A stretch of 64,000 nt of DNA from contig CAZMTN010000001.1 of assembly GCA_964569655.1 (NCBI GenBank), positions 64,542-128,541 on the forward strand. Reading direction: 5' to 3'. The stretch is from an uncultured Candidatus Saccharibacteria bacterium (GTDB lineage Bacteria > Patescibacteriota > Minisyncoccia > Phycocordibacterales > Phycocordibacteraceae). A model generated the notes under the pieces. The model did no database searches. It worked only from the letters and a program-made list of their open reading frames with translations, and was not told the origin of the DNA. The translations under genes and the position numbers were made by a program. Positions 1 to 8,350 of the stretch are shown in pieces (the stretch's first letter is position 1; every line of letters starts with the position of its first letter).

Positions 1-622
1 ATTCGGCTCAGGAGCCGCTACCACGAATGTCGGCCCCGGAGCCGTCCAGCCGTCTGCAGCGGACATCGAGAAGGTGGACGTCTCGGATTCGCCGTACGTA
101 GGAGCGGATAACGCTCCGGTAACCATGGCGCTCTATTTCGACTACCAGTGCCCGTTCTGCAAGCAGTTCGATCAGGTAGTCCTCCCGCAGCTCGCCGAGT
201 ACGTGGACAACGGCACGCTCAAGGTGGTATTCAAGGATTTCCAGTTCCTCGGCCAGGATTCCCAAGTAGCCGCTGAGTTCTCTCGCGCGGTGTGGGAGCT
301 CTACCCGGACCAGTACAGCGCATGGCTTACCGCTATGTTCGGCGCGCAGGACCATGAGGGAGACCAGGGCTTCGGGGACCTCGCTTCCATCGAGGAGCTC
401 ACGAAGACCATCCCGGGCATCGACGTGGCGAAGGTCACCGCGCTCATGAATGAGAAGAAGGCTGAGTACAACGACCTCATGAACGCCGATCGCGCGGAAG
501 GCGCGAGCCTCGGCGTGAACGGCACGCCGGCGGTCGTGATCGGCAAGAAGCTCCTCTACGCGATGACGCCGGCCCAGTTCTATGCCGAGATCGTCGCGGA
601 GATTAAGGCGCAGACCGAGTAG
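1..622 (+). CDS. DsbA-family thiol:disulfide oxidoreductase (thioredoxin fold), 5' end truncated by window
   Basis: ORF 74..622 with CPFC active-site motif (YFDYQCPFCKQF) and DsbA-like layout. Reading frame stays open back to nt 2, so the gene starts upstream of the window. Confidence 0.7.
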   Translation, partial: FGSGAATTNVGPGAVQPSAADIEKVDVSDSPYVGADNAPVTMALYFDYQCPFCKQFDQVVLPQLAEYVDNGTLKVVFKDFQFLGQDSQVAAEFSRAVWELYPDQYSAWLTAMFGAQDHEGDQGFGDLASIEELTKTIPGIDVAKVTALMNEKKAEYNDLMNADRAEGASLGVNGTPAVVIGKKLLYAMTPAQFYAEIVAEIKAQTE

Positions 623-686
623 TCAGGAAGGATCGGTTCGCCAATGCACGCGCCCGCAAGGGCGCGTGCCGCGTTATACTTGCCGC

Positions 687-1304
687 ATGATCGGCATCGA
701 GGCCCTGCTCCTCAAGGAACTCAGCTACGCGGGCATGTCCCTGTCTCTCATCGGTTCGGGGCTCGTGCTCCCGATCCCCGAGGAGCTCATCATCCTCACC
801 GGGGGCTACTTCACCGCGAAGGGGCTCCTCTCCGCGCATATCGGCATCCCGCTCTGCATTATGAGCCTCCTCATCGGGGATTCCATCCTCTTCTATCTCG
901 CGCGCGTCGGCTCCAATTACGCGACCGGCATCCATGACCGCTTCGTGAAGCTCGGCCTCGAGCGCACCTGGGTGTTCTCTCCGGACCATCCGCTCAGAGC
1001 CGTGTTCATCATGCGGTTCATTACGGGCCTCCGCATGATCGCGCCCGTGTACGCCGGGCTCAACCGCGCGTCCTGGGGACCGTTCCTCCTCGTGGACTTC
1101 GTCGCGCTCTGCATCTACATCCCGATCGTCTACTATCTCGGCATGCGCTACCACGAGTCGTTCCTCCTGTTCGTCGCCGGCTTCGAGGTCGCGCGCCACG
1201 TGTTCTTCTGGGGGCTCCTCGCGATCGTGGGCGGCGGCGTGTTCGCCGCCTGGCACGAGCGCTGGAGGGCGCGCTTCAGGAAGGATGCCGAACCTTATGG
1301 ATGA
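687..1304 (+). CDS. DedA/VTT-family membrane protein
   Basis: ATG at 687 inside track ORF 582..1304. Multi-TM protein with a DedA-type core (LIGDSILFYLAR, FITGLRMIAPVYAG). The overlapping minus ORF 603..1448 is R/E-rich antisense junk. Confidence 0.7.
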   Translation: MIGIEALLLKELSYAGMSLSLIGSGLVLPIPEELIILTGGYFTAKGLLSAHIGIPLCIMSLLIGDSILFYLARVGSNYATGIHDRFVKLGLERTWVFSPDHPLRAVFIMRFITGLRMIAPVYAGLNRASWGPFLLVDFVALCIYIPIVYYLGMRYHESFLLFVAGFEVARHVFFWGLLAIVGGGVFAAWHERWRARFRKDAEPYG

Positions 1305-1719
1305 GAGAACGTTCAGGAGGGTAGTGGAAGGGGAATGGAGCCGGGTCCCAGAGAAGTTCCGGGGGCGCATAGATAACGTCGCGCTCCTCATCGAGGATGA
1401 GCCGGACGAGGCGACGCGGAAGGAGGAGGCGCTCGAGGGAGGAGACACGCTCCTCGGCCTCTATCGCGGGATCCCGGCGAGCGAGCGCGGGGAACTGTAC
1501 GGCATCGGGATGACGTTGCCGGACACCATCACGCTCTACCGCCTCCCGCTCCTTGCGGAAGCGGAGCGGCTCAGGGAGGCGAGGAATCTTTCATACGAAG
1601 ACGCAGTGGCGGAAGCCGTGCGTGAGACCGTATGGCACGAGGTCGGCCACTACTTCGGCCTCCACGAGCACGAGGTGCAAGGAAGGGAGGACACGGGGAC
1701 CAACCATTTCACTATATAA
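1285..1719 (+). CDS. zincin-like metallopeptidase family protein (HExxH)
   Basis: HEVGHYFGLHEH zinc-binding motif near the C-terminus in a small soluble protein. Resembles the DUF1025/zincin_1 family. Confidence 0.55.
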   Translation: MPNLMDERTFRRVVEGEWSRVPEKFRGRIDNVALLIEDEPDEATRKEEALEGGDTLLGLYRGIPASERGELYGIGMTLPDTITLYRLPLLAEAERLREARNLSYEDAVAEAVRETVWHEVGHYFGLHEHEVQGREDTGTNHFTI

Positions 1720-1726
1720 AGCGATA

Positions 1727-1750
1727 GGCCGAACCATATATGGTTCGGCC
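1727..1750. terminator. perfect 24-nt palindrome between convergent genes (bidirectional terminator candidate)
   Basis: GGCCGAACCATATATGGTTCGGCC starts 8 nt after the stop at 1719 and ends 9 nt before the minus-strand stop at 1759. Confidence 0.55.
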
Positions 1751-1758
1751 GTGCGCGG

Positions 1759-1941
1759 TTATTCTTCGGGGAATCGGATGGCAGCGGCGGATCCTGCGAT
1801 CTGGGCGGCTGCTTCTGCGGAGATGCGGGCGCCAGTGAGGAATGCGACGGCGGTGCGTTCGAGTTCTACGAAGACCGGATGCATGAACGTGCTGAGGACG
1901 AGTAACATAAGGCCGAAACCGATAGCAGAGAATATAGGCAT
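1759..1941 (-). CDS. small hydrophobic hypothetical protein (about 60 aa)
   Basis: ATG at rc 1939-1941 (MPIFSAIGFGLMLLVLSTF...). Single TM segment. Divergent from msrA with a 118-nt intergenic region. The track's longer N-terminal extension looks spurious. Confidence 0.35.
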   Translation of the reverse strand: MPIFSAIGFGLMLLVLSTFMHPVFVELERTAVAFLTGARISAEAAAQIAGSAAAIRFPEE

Positions 1942-2059
1942 ATATTTTCTGTGATGAGTAAGTCGCGAGCGGATGCTTGCGACAAGATACCGAGGGGTAT
2001 CTTCAGGCAGGTGCCTCGTCCTCAGAAAGGGCTGACTGTCCGGATGGTACGATAGCCGC

Positions 2060-2527
2060 ATGGAGAAAGCAATCTTCGCGGCCGGCTGCTTCTGGGGCGT
2101 CGAGAAGGCGTTCCGGGACGTCTCGGGCGTCACGGACGCGGTGTCGGGCTATACGGCCGGCAGCACCGAACACCCGACGTACGAGCAGGTCTGTTCAGGC
2201 GCCACCGGGCATGCCGAAGCGGTGGAGGTCGCCTATGATCCGGAGCAGGTGAGCTACGAGCGCCTGGTCCGCCGTTTCTTCGCCATCCACGACCCGACGC
2301 AGCTCAACCGGCAGGGACCGGACGTAGGAACCCAGTACCGTTCCGGCATCTACTATTTGGATGATTCACAAAGGGAGATCGCCGAGAAGGTGAAGGTGGA
2401 GCTCCAGGAGCAGGCGTACCCGAAGACCGTCGTCACCGAGATCATGCCGGCCTCGACGTTCTGGAAGGCAGAAGAATACCATCAGCGGTACTTCGAGAAG
2501 CATCCGAACGCGGTGTGCCATATCTAG
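2060..2527 (+). CDS. msrA: peptide-methionine (S)-S-oxide reductase
   Basis: GCFWG active-site motif (AAGCFWGVE) and a full-length MsrA architecture of 155 aa. Confidence 0.9.
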   Translation: MEKAIFAAGCFWGVEKAFRDVSGVTDAVSGYTAGSTEHPTYEQVCSGATGHAEAVEVAYDPEQVSYERLVRRFFAIHDPTQLNRQGPDVGTQYRSGIYYLDDSQREIAEKVKVELQEQAYPKTVVTEIMPASTFWKAEEYHQRYFEKHPNAVCHI

Positions 2528-2528
2528 C

Positions 2529-4235
2529 ATGGAAGGATTGCCCGGAGCATCTAAGAAGGAACTGAAGGACGCGCCGGCGTTCATACGTCAGTTCTCTCGC
2601 GAGACTGACCCGAAGGGGCGGCAGGTCGTGGCCGAGCATATCCGGGATCAGCGCCGGATGAAGGGGCATGCGAAGGAGATGGTCAAGGCCAGAGGCGAGC
2701 AGGTCGCGGCCCTCAATAGAGCGCTCGATGAGTACAACAGCGGCTCGTATGTCGTGAAGGTACTCGATTATTTCAAGATGAAGAAAGTGCGGGAATCGCT
2801 GAAGATCGCGAAGCAGGAGAGGGAGGAGACTTCCACCATCTTTCGCGCATATAATAGCAATGAGCAGAACCAGAAGTATATCGACTCGTTCTATGAGCGC
2901 GAGAAGCGCCGCTGGGCTGAGACGCCGTATTCGAAGGAGGAGGTGAGCGCGCTTTTCACCGAGGAGCATCTCGCGTCTCTCTCTACAGAAGAGTACGGCC
3001 TCCTCATGAGGCGGTTCCCCTCCGAGATGGTGACGCACGTCACGCGGCAGGGCATCCGGGATCATAACGGCATGGCGTACCACTTCGAAGGGAAGAGCGA
3101 ATTTCATGACGGCTTCGAGAAGATGCTTGAGACCGGCCGTCTCCATGCGCCGCTTGCGGTTGCGCTTGCCGAAGCGCAGAAGCAGGATGCGCTTATCGGC
3201 CTCATAGGCCGGGAGGTGGGAGGTCCTCCGCAGAACAGGAAGCAGGCGCTCGAGGCGCTCGATCGCGAGCTCTACCGGTATCCGGACCGGAATGCGGCGC
3301 ACTTCGCCGCGGAGGAGGTAGCAGATCATTTCTACGGATCGGAGCGCGGGAACGAAATATTCGTGGCGTACCCGTCCGCGTTCATCGCGTCTCAGTACCG
3401 GTTCCAGAACCGGCTTACCGCGGGCAACGAGACCATGCATAACGACGTGTCTGTCTGGGATAAGGAGCAAAAGGGCATGGACCTCGATGCGGGGCTGGTC
3501 TTCATACCTAAGGACGCGCGCGTGGACGCGGCTACCGGTTCTCGCTACCACCTCACCCCGGACAAGGAGCCGAAGCCGAACGAGGCTATCCCGCTCATCA
3601 AGCAATGGATCAACCGACCTGAATTCGTGCCGCTCGCGGAGAGGATGACGGAAGCGCTCGCCGGGATACATGAGTCGGACATTCCATCGCCGGATGCGTG
3701 GGATTCGCTCAAGGAACATTCCTTCAAGACCCGGGGAGAGAAGGTTGCCGAGACCATGATCCCGCTGCGCGAAGAGCTTAAAGCGATGGGCATCACCGAC
3801 GTGCGCCTTCAGAGCGCGCTCCTCTCCTATGGGGCTTTCTTCTCCTTCGCGATCGGCTTAGGCAAGGACGACGCGGAGCACGCGATCGAGGAGGCGATCG
3901 ACTCGCTCCTGGAGCAGGAAGGGATCCGCTTCGTCGAGGCCAAGGATGCGATCTCATCGGAGGAGTACTGGGAACGGTATTTCGCGAAGCACCCGGACCG
4001 GAGGCCGTCGAAGATCATCTACTACAAGGGCGCTGACCCCAGCTTGGCGCTCCGGGTCTGGAAGAAGCAGAACGGCCTCAGCCTCAAGGCCGAGGACGAG
4101 ACTCTCGGCTTCGCAGAGCATCAGGTCAACGGTGAGCACCCGGCTGCCCAGCAGGGGAAGGGCCGCTTCGAATCCCTTGTGCGCGAAGCGATAGACCGGG
4201 AATTTCCTGCGGGAAAGGCTGGCGTGGTAGATTAG
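2529..4235 (+). CDS. uncharacterised soluble protein, 568 aa, no recognised domain
   Basis: ATG at 2529 lies 1 nt after the msrA stop (TAGcATGGAAGG). Balanced amino-acid composition unlike antisense artefacts, no TM segments, no catalytic motif I can recognise. The competing minus ORF 2442..3719 is R/L-rich junk. Confidence 0.6.
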   Translation: MEGLPGASKKELKDAPAFIRQFSRETDPKGRQVVAEHIRDQRRMKGHAKEMVKARGEQVAALNRALDEYNSGSYVVKVLDYFKMKKVRESLKIAKQEREETSTIFRAYNSNEQNQKYIDSFYEREKRRWAETPYSKEEVSALFTEEHLASLSTEEYGLLMRRFPSEMVTHVTRQGIRDHNGMAYHFEGKSEFHDGFEKMLETGRLHAPLAVALAEAQKQDALIGLIGREVGGPPQNRKQALEALDRELYRYPDRNAAHFAAEEVADHFYGSERGNEIFVAYPSAFIASQYRFQNRLTAGNETMHNDVSVWDKEQKGMDLDAGLVFIPKDARVDAATGSRYHLTPDKEPKPNEAIPLIKQWINRPEFVPLAERMTEALAGIHESDIPSPDAWDSLKEHSFKTRGEKVAETMIPLREELKAMGITDVRLQSALLSYGAFFSFAIGLGKDDAEHAIEEAIDSLLEQEGIRFVEAKDAISSEEYWERYFAKHPDRRPSKIIYYKGADPSLALRVWKKQNGLSLKAEDETLGFAEHQVNGEHPAAQQGKGRFESLVREAIDREFPAGKAGVVD

Positions 4236-4239
4236 CAGT

Positions 4240-4977
4240 ATGAAAGAAACATTCCTCAATAACCAGTTCGTGCCGCTCGGCATCTTGCTCGCATCGGGCC
4301 TCATCGTCGTTGGCCTCATCGCGTCGGGGACAGCCCTGTCCATCAAGAACGCGAATAATACGCTCTCGGTGACGGGTTCCGCAGAGATTGAGGCCACCGC
4401 GGATACCGTGAAGTGGACGGTGACGGCCCAGCGTTACGCAACCGAAGGCGGGGTGGGCGCGGCTACCGCGCAGGTAGGCAGCGACGTGCAACGCGTCATC
4501 GCGTATCTCACGAATGCGGGAGTGGCGGAAGCCGACATCCAGATCGGCACTCTCCACACGGATCAGGATTATTCATACAACCAGGACGCGAACGCGCCGA
4601 AGCGCTACGCGGTCCGCCAGGACGTGACGGTGAACTCAAGCGATCCGGAGGGTATCCAGCGCCTCTCGCAGAACATCACCTCGCTCTCGAGCCAGGGAAT
4701 CCTCCTCCAGGTCTACGATCCCCAGTACTACATCTCGACGCTTCCGGAGATACGCGTATCGCTCGTCGGCAAGGCGGTCGAGGATGCGAAGGCGCGCGCC
4801 GAGCAGATCGCCGAGAGCACGGGGCAGTCCGTCGGCCGCCTCCAGTCCGCATCTACCGGCGTGGTGCAGGTGCTCGCACCTAATTCCACCGATGTCGCCG
4901 ACTACGGCAGCTACGACACAATGACCATCGAGAAGCGGGTGATGGTCACGGTCCGGGCGACGTTCTTCGTCCGTTAG
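4240..4977 (+). CDS. SIMPL-domain (DUF541) protein with N-terminal membrane anchor
   Basis: N-terminal TM (FVPLGILLASGLIVVGLIASG) followed by a SIMPL-like repeat pattern. This is a family of periplasmic oxidative-stress-associated proteins. Confidence 0.7.
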   Translation: MKETFLNNQFVPLGILLASGLIVVGLIASGTALSIKNANNTLSVTGSAEIEATADTVKWTVTAQRYATEGGVGAATAQVGSDVQRVIAYLTNAGVAEADIQIGTLHTDQDYSYNQDANAPKRYAVRQDVTVNSSDPEGIQRLSQNITSLSSQGILLQVYDPQYYISTLPEIRVSLVGKAVEDAKARAEQIAESTGQSVGRLQSASTGVVQVLAPNSTDVADYGSYDTMTIEKRVMVTVRATFFVR

Positions 4978-4978
4978 C

Positions 4979-5416
4979 ATGGAAGGGCCGGAGAAAAAGG
5001 CGGCCAGTACGGATCTCGGAGAATACGCACGCAAGAAGCGGGAAGAAGGTGAGCGGCCCTATAGCAAGTCTCCGGAGCTCAAGATGATCTGCGACCAGAT
5101 GCGCCCGTCTTTCGAAAAGCCCGAGGTGCGCGAAGCATACCCGGGCCTTACTCCAGAAGCGCTTATGCAGGTGTACATGGAAGCATTGGTCATCATGCGG
5201 GACTGCACCGCCATCCAGCATGCCGAATCCGAGAAGATCGCGGAAGGTGCGAGTACGCAAGAGCTCGCTGCAGCGATCATCAGGGCCCATCAGTACGGCA
5301 TGAACCCGCAGACAGCCCCGCAATATCTCGCATACGCGGTCCAGATTTTTGCCGACATGAATATTCCGGATCTCGAGCCTACGCCTCCTTCTCGAACGCC
5401 AGACACACCGAATTGA
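4979..5416 (+). CDS. hypothetical protein (145 aa)
   Basis: Starts 1 nt after the SIMPL gene stop with the same TAGcATGGAAGG junction as ORF 2529. E/K/A-rich soluble protein. Its 3' end overlaps the msrB 3' end by 38 nt in convergent orientation. Confidence 0.4.
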   Translation: MEGPEKKAASTDLGEYARKKREEGERPYSKSPELKMICDQMRPSFEKPEVREAYPGLTPEALMQVYMEALVIMRDCTAIQHAESEKIAEGASTQELAAAIIRAHQYGMNPQTAPQYLAYAVQIFADMNIPDLEPTPPSRTPDTPN

Positions 5417-5750
5417 TGCAGTAGCGCTTCCCGCCGGTTTCCGCCGGGCCGTCGTCGAAGACGTGTCCAAGATGGCTGCCGCAGCGTTTGCAGAATACCT
5501 CGGTACGATTCCCGTCTGGACGCGTCCCTACGTTCTCCGCGACCGCCGGGTCCGTGAAGGACGGCCAGCCGGTGCCTGAATCGAATTTCGTGTCAGAGCC
5601 GAAGAGCTCGTTCCCGCATACCTTGCAGCGGTACGCGCCTTTCTCATGGTTGTCGACATAGGCGCCGGAGAAAGGGGCTTCCGTGCCTCGTTCGCGAAGC
5701 ACGTGATACTCCTCGGCGCTCAGCTTCCGCTTGATTTCTTCCTCATCCAT
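5379..5750 (-). CDS. msrB: peptide-methionine (R)-S-oxide reductase
   Basis: SelR domain with CxxC zinc pairs (CKVCGNELF ... CKRCGSHLGHVF) and the conserved C-terminal RYCINS. Confidence 0.9.
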   Translation of the reverse strand: MDEEEIKRKLSAEEYHVLRERGTEAPFSGAYVDNHEKGAYRCKVCGNELFGSDTKFDSGTGWPSFTDPAVAENVGTRPDGNRTEVFCKRCGSHLGHVFDDGPAETGGKRYCINSVCLAFEKEA

Positions 5751-5804
5751 ACCCTGATTTTACCATTTGCCCGCGCTCAAATTGCGGGATACCATACCCT
5801 CTAC

Positions 5805-6275
5805 ATGGCCAACCGAATCCTCCTCACGCTTATCCTGGTCCTCGCGTTCCTCGGCATCGCCGATTCCTGGTACTTGACCCAGAGCGCGCTCTCGGACACG
5901 CCGCTCGTCTGCAACGTGGGCGGGGTCATGGACGGCTGCAACATCGTCGCCCAGAGCCCGTACTCGAACCCGTTCGGCATCCCGCTCGCCTTGTACGGCG
6001 TCTTCTTCTACGGCCTCATGTTCGTGCTTGCCGCGCTCGCGTTCTGGAGGCCGCGTCAGGTGATCTTCCGCAGCATGAATGCGCTCGGCATACTCGGGCT
6101 CCTCGCTTCCATCGTCTTCGTCTGCATCCAGGTCTTCCTCATCAAGGCGGTATGCATGTATTGTTTCGCTTCCGCGGTCATCTCGCTCTTCATCTGCCTT
6201 CTCGCGGGCATGCTGGTGCGCCGGGCCCCGGCCCCGGTGGTACAGGAGTGGGAGGTAACCCGTCTCGAATCCTAG
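5805..6275 (+). CDS. vitamin K epoxide reductase (VKOR) family membrane protein
   Basis: ATG at 5805 (MANRILLTL...). Loop cysteines (CNVGGVMDGC) and TM-embedded CMYC CxxC motif in a 4-5 TM core. The track's 5' extension from 5646 is unlikely to be real. Confidence 0.8.
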   Translation: MANRILLTLILVLAFLGIADSWYLTQSALSDTPLVCNVGGVMDGCNIVAQSPYSNPFGIPLALYGVFFYGLMFVLAALAFWRPRQVIFRSMNALGILGLLASIVFVCIQVFLIKAVCMYCFASAVISLFICLLAGMLVRRAPAPVVQEWEVTRLES

Positions 6276-6276
6276 T

Positions 6277-7425
6277 ATGAAGCGTCTCCTCCTTGCCGTG
6301 CTCGCGCTCCTCCTTCTCCCGGGAGCGGCATCCGCCGCGACCGTAGAAGGCGCGCGGACCATGGTGGTGTCCGAAACGCCGGAAGGCAACGGCTACTTCT
6401 TCGCGGCAGACCTCACCGTCGCAGCTCCGGTTGCGGGAGACCTGAGCGCGCTCGCCGGAGGTCTCGTGGTCTCGGTACCGGTTACGGGGGACGCGACGCT
6501 CATCGGCGGATCGGTAGACGTGCGCAAGGCGATCGGCGGGGACCTGCGCATTGCCGGCGCGCGCGTCACCATCGATGAGGACGTAGCCGGAGACATCGTC
6601 GCGGTCGGCGGCTCAATCACGGTGCACGCCTCTCCCGCATACGCATGGATCGGCGGCGCGAATGTCACCATGGACCGAGGAGCACAGGGGCCGGTCACGG
6701 TCTACGCCGGGAACCTCACGCTCTCCGGCACCTTCGACGGGGACGTGGACGTCGTCGCATCGGACCGCATCACGCTCCTTCCGGGCACGGTGATAGCAGG
6801 GAACCTGAGCTACGACGCCCCGCAGCAGATCGAGATCCCTGAGGGCGCGAGCGTCGCGGGGACCGTGACGTACACCGGGCGCTCGTACCTGCCTACGACC
6901 GAGGAGGCGCAGACCTTCGCCATCGCCGGCGCGCTCCTCTTCTTCCTCGTGCGCATCCTTGCGGCAGTAATCGCGGCCGGCCTCGTCGCCGGGCTCTTCC
7001 CGTCGTTCGCGCAGGCGGTCGCGGACCGTACGCTCTCGTCGTCCGTCAACCGCTTCCTCATCCTTACGCTGCTCGGGTTCGGGGTGCTCGTTGCGTCGCC
7101 GGTGCTCATCCTGCTGCTCCTCGTCTCCTTCGCTGGGGCGATCGTCGCGTTCATCCTGCTTGCCGCGTACATCCTCCTGCTCCTCCTTTCATACCTTTAC
7201 GCGGCCGTCATCGCTGGAGCCGCGCTCTCGCGCACCATCTCGAAGCGCACGGCCTTCCTCTGGCGCGATGCCGTCTTCGGTATGCTCGCGCTCGCGGTCG
7301 TAGGGCTCATCCCCGTCCTCGGCTGGCTCGTCCTCTCCGTGCTCATGGCCGCTGCAGCCGGCACCATCGTCTCCTTCGCGTACACGCTCGCATTCGGCAG
7401 GGACGACGAGCTCTCGTTCGAATGA
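6277..7425 (+). CDS. secreted/membrane protein with bactofilin-like (DUF583-type) beta-helix repeats and a C-terminal multi-TM region
   Basis: Signal peptide (MKRLLLAVLALLLLPGAASA). Repeated G-D/V-containing beta-strand units (GDLRIAGARVTIDEDVAGDIVAVGGSITV...). Four or five C-terminal TM helices. Confidence 0.5.
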   Translation: MKRLLLAVLALLLLPGAASAATVEGARTMVVSETPEGNGYFFAADLTVAAPVAGDLSALAGGLVVSVPVTGDATLIGGSVDVRKAIGGDLRIAGARVTIDEDVAGDIVAVGGSITVHASPAYAWIGGANVTMDRGAQGPVTVYAGNLTLSGTFDGDVDVVASDRITLLPGTVIAGNLSYDAPQQIEIPEGASVAGTVTYTGRSYLPTTEEAQTFAIAGALLFFLVRILAAVIAAGLVAGLFPSFAQAVADRTLSSSVNRFLILTLLGFGVLVASPVLILLLLVSFAGAIVAFILLAAYILLLLLSYLYAAVIAGAALSRTISKRTAFLWRDAVFGMLALAVVGLIPVLGWLVLSVLMAAAAGTIVSFAYTLAFGRDDELSFE

Positions 7426-8084
7426 AGCAGGAAGAACGGAAAGCCCGCGCCCGGAAGATCGTCTCGTACCTGAAGCGCGCATACCCGCGCCCGGAGACCG
7501 AGCTCCATTACAAGACGCCCATACAGCTCGTGGCGGCGGTGATGCTTTCCGCGCAGTGCACGGATAAGCTCGTGAACCGGGTGACGGATGCGCATCTCTT
7601 CAAGAGATACAAGACGGTGGAGGATTTTGCCTCGGCAGAGTATGCAGAACTGGATAGGGAGATCGGTTCCATCTCGTTCCACCGAAACAAGGCGAAGGCG
7701 ATCATCGCCATGGCGAAGCTGGTGCGGGATGAGTTCAAAGGGAAGGTGCCGCGCACGGAAGCGGAGCTCGTCACGTTGCCCGGCATCGCGTACAAGACCG
7801 CCCACGTGGTGCTCGGCGAGCTCTACGAGATATACGAGGGCATCCCGACCGACACCCACGTGAAGCGGTTCGCGAAGCGCTTCGACCTTACCGATTCGAA
7901 TGATCTGAAGAAGATCTCGAAAGATCTCGAAGCGCTCATCCCGAAGAGGGACTGGAAGTACGTGAACAACGGCTTCGTGCTCTACGGGCGCTACGTATGC
8001 CCGGCGCGCCCGCACGATTGCGCGCAGCATCCGCTTACGAAGATCTGGCCGAAGGCGCTTACGCGCTGGCCGAAGGCGACTTGA
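7422..8084 (+). CDS. nth: endonuclease III (HhH-GPD DNA glycosylase/AP lyase)
   Basis: HhH-GPD core (LPGIAYKTAHVVLG, catalytic K/D region). The C-terminal region has only two Cys (CPARPHDC), not the usual four-Cys Fe-S loop. Confidence 0.85.
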   Translation: MKQEERKARARKIVSYLKRAYPRPETELHYKTPIQLVAAVMLSAQCTDKLVNRVTDAHLFKRYKTVEDFASAEYAELDREIGSISFHRNKAKAIIAMAKLVRDEFKGKVPRTEAELVTLPGIAYKTAHVVLGELYEIYEGIPTDTHVKRFAKRFDLTDSNDLKKISKDLEALIPKRDWKYVNNGFVLYGRYVCPARPHDCAQHPLTKIWPKALTRWPKAT

Positions 8085-8115
8085 CGTTATTGTCGGTCGA
8101 GCTTAGGCTGTCGCT

Positions 8116-8277
8116 AGAGGTTCCGGGATTTAGGGATGTCGGTACAAGCAACCCCGGGGACGATTTTCAGTCTTCTGTGTCGAGTGGTGGTCCGAGTGGA
8201 TGTCATTGCTCCCTAATGAAGGCAATCGTCGTATGCATGCTAGTGCACTTACCCGGCCTCCTGATCCCGGAACCTCT
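8116..8277 (+). ncRNA. candidate structured RNA of unknown class (three-way junction closed by a 14-bp helix)
   Basis: AGAGGTTCCGGGAT (8116-8129) is perfectly complementary to ATCCCGGAACCTCT (8264-8277). A nested helix pairs TTAGGGATG (8130-8138) with CATTGCTCCCTAA (8204-8216). A terminator follows at 8303-8334. No ORF is present, GC is lower than in the flanks, and it lies 30 nt after the nth stop. Confidence 0.35.
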
Positions 8278-8302
8278 CCGTCCTTTATAGCTTTTCTAAA
8301 GA

Positions 8303-8334
8303 CAGACCCCGCCTTTGGTGGGGTTTTCTGTTTT
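8303..8334 (+). terminator. rho-independent terminator
   Basis: Stem CCCCGCC / GGTGGGG (one G-U pair), 3-nt loop, then TTTTCTGTTTT. It ends 17 nt before the HAD gene ATG at 8351. Confidence 0.55.
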
Positions 8335-8350
8335 GGGGTACCATGGGGGT

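Noticed and set aside
2442-3719. 425-aa minus-strand ORF antisense to the 568-aa gene; likewise the long antisense ORFs 603..1448, 11678..13507, 13727..15127, 16430..17941, 25045..27255, 35923..37122 and 41114..43138
   Set aside because: They are extremely Arg/Leu/Ala/Glu-rich and low-complexity, typical of stop-codon-poor alternative frames in high-GC DNA. Each is opposite a gene with clear conserved motifs (rnj, groEL, nrdJ, valS and others).
8085-8334. Attempted assignment of the structured element to tmRNA, SRP RNA, 6S RNA, TPP riboswitch or T-box
   Set aside because: I found no tag-peptide reading frame with a resume codon, no GGUUCGA T-arm, no SRP domain-IV AGCAGC/GGAA motif, and no T-box sequence. 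Only a partial CCUGAUCC resemblance to TPP elements is present, so the class is unassigned.
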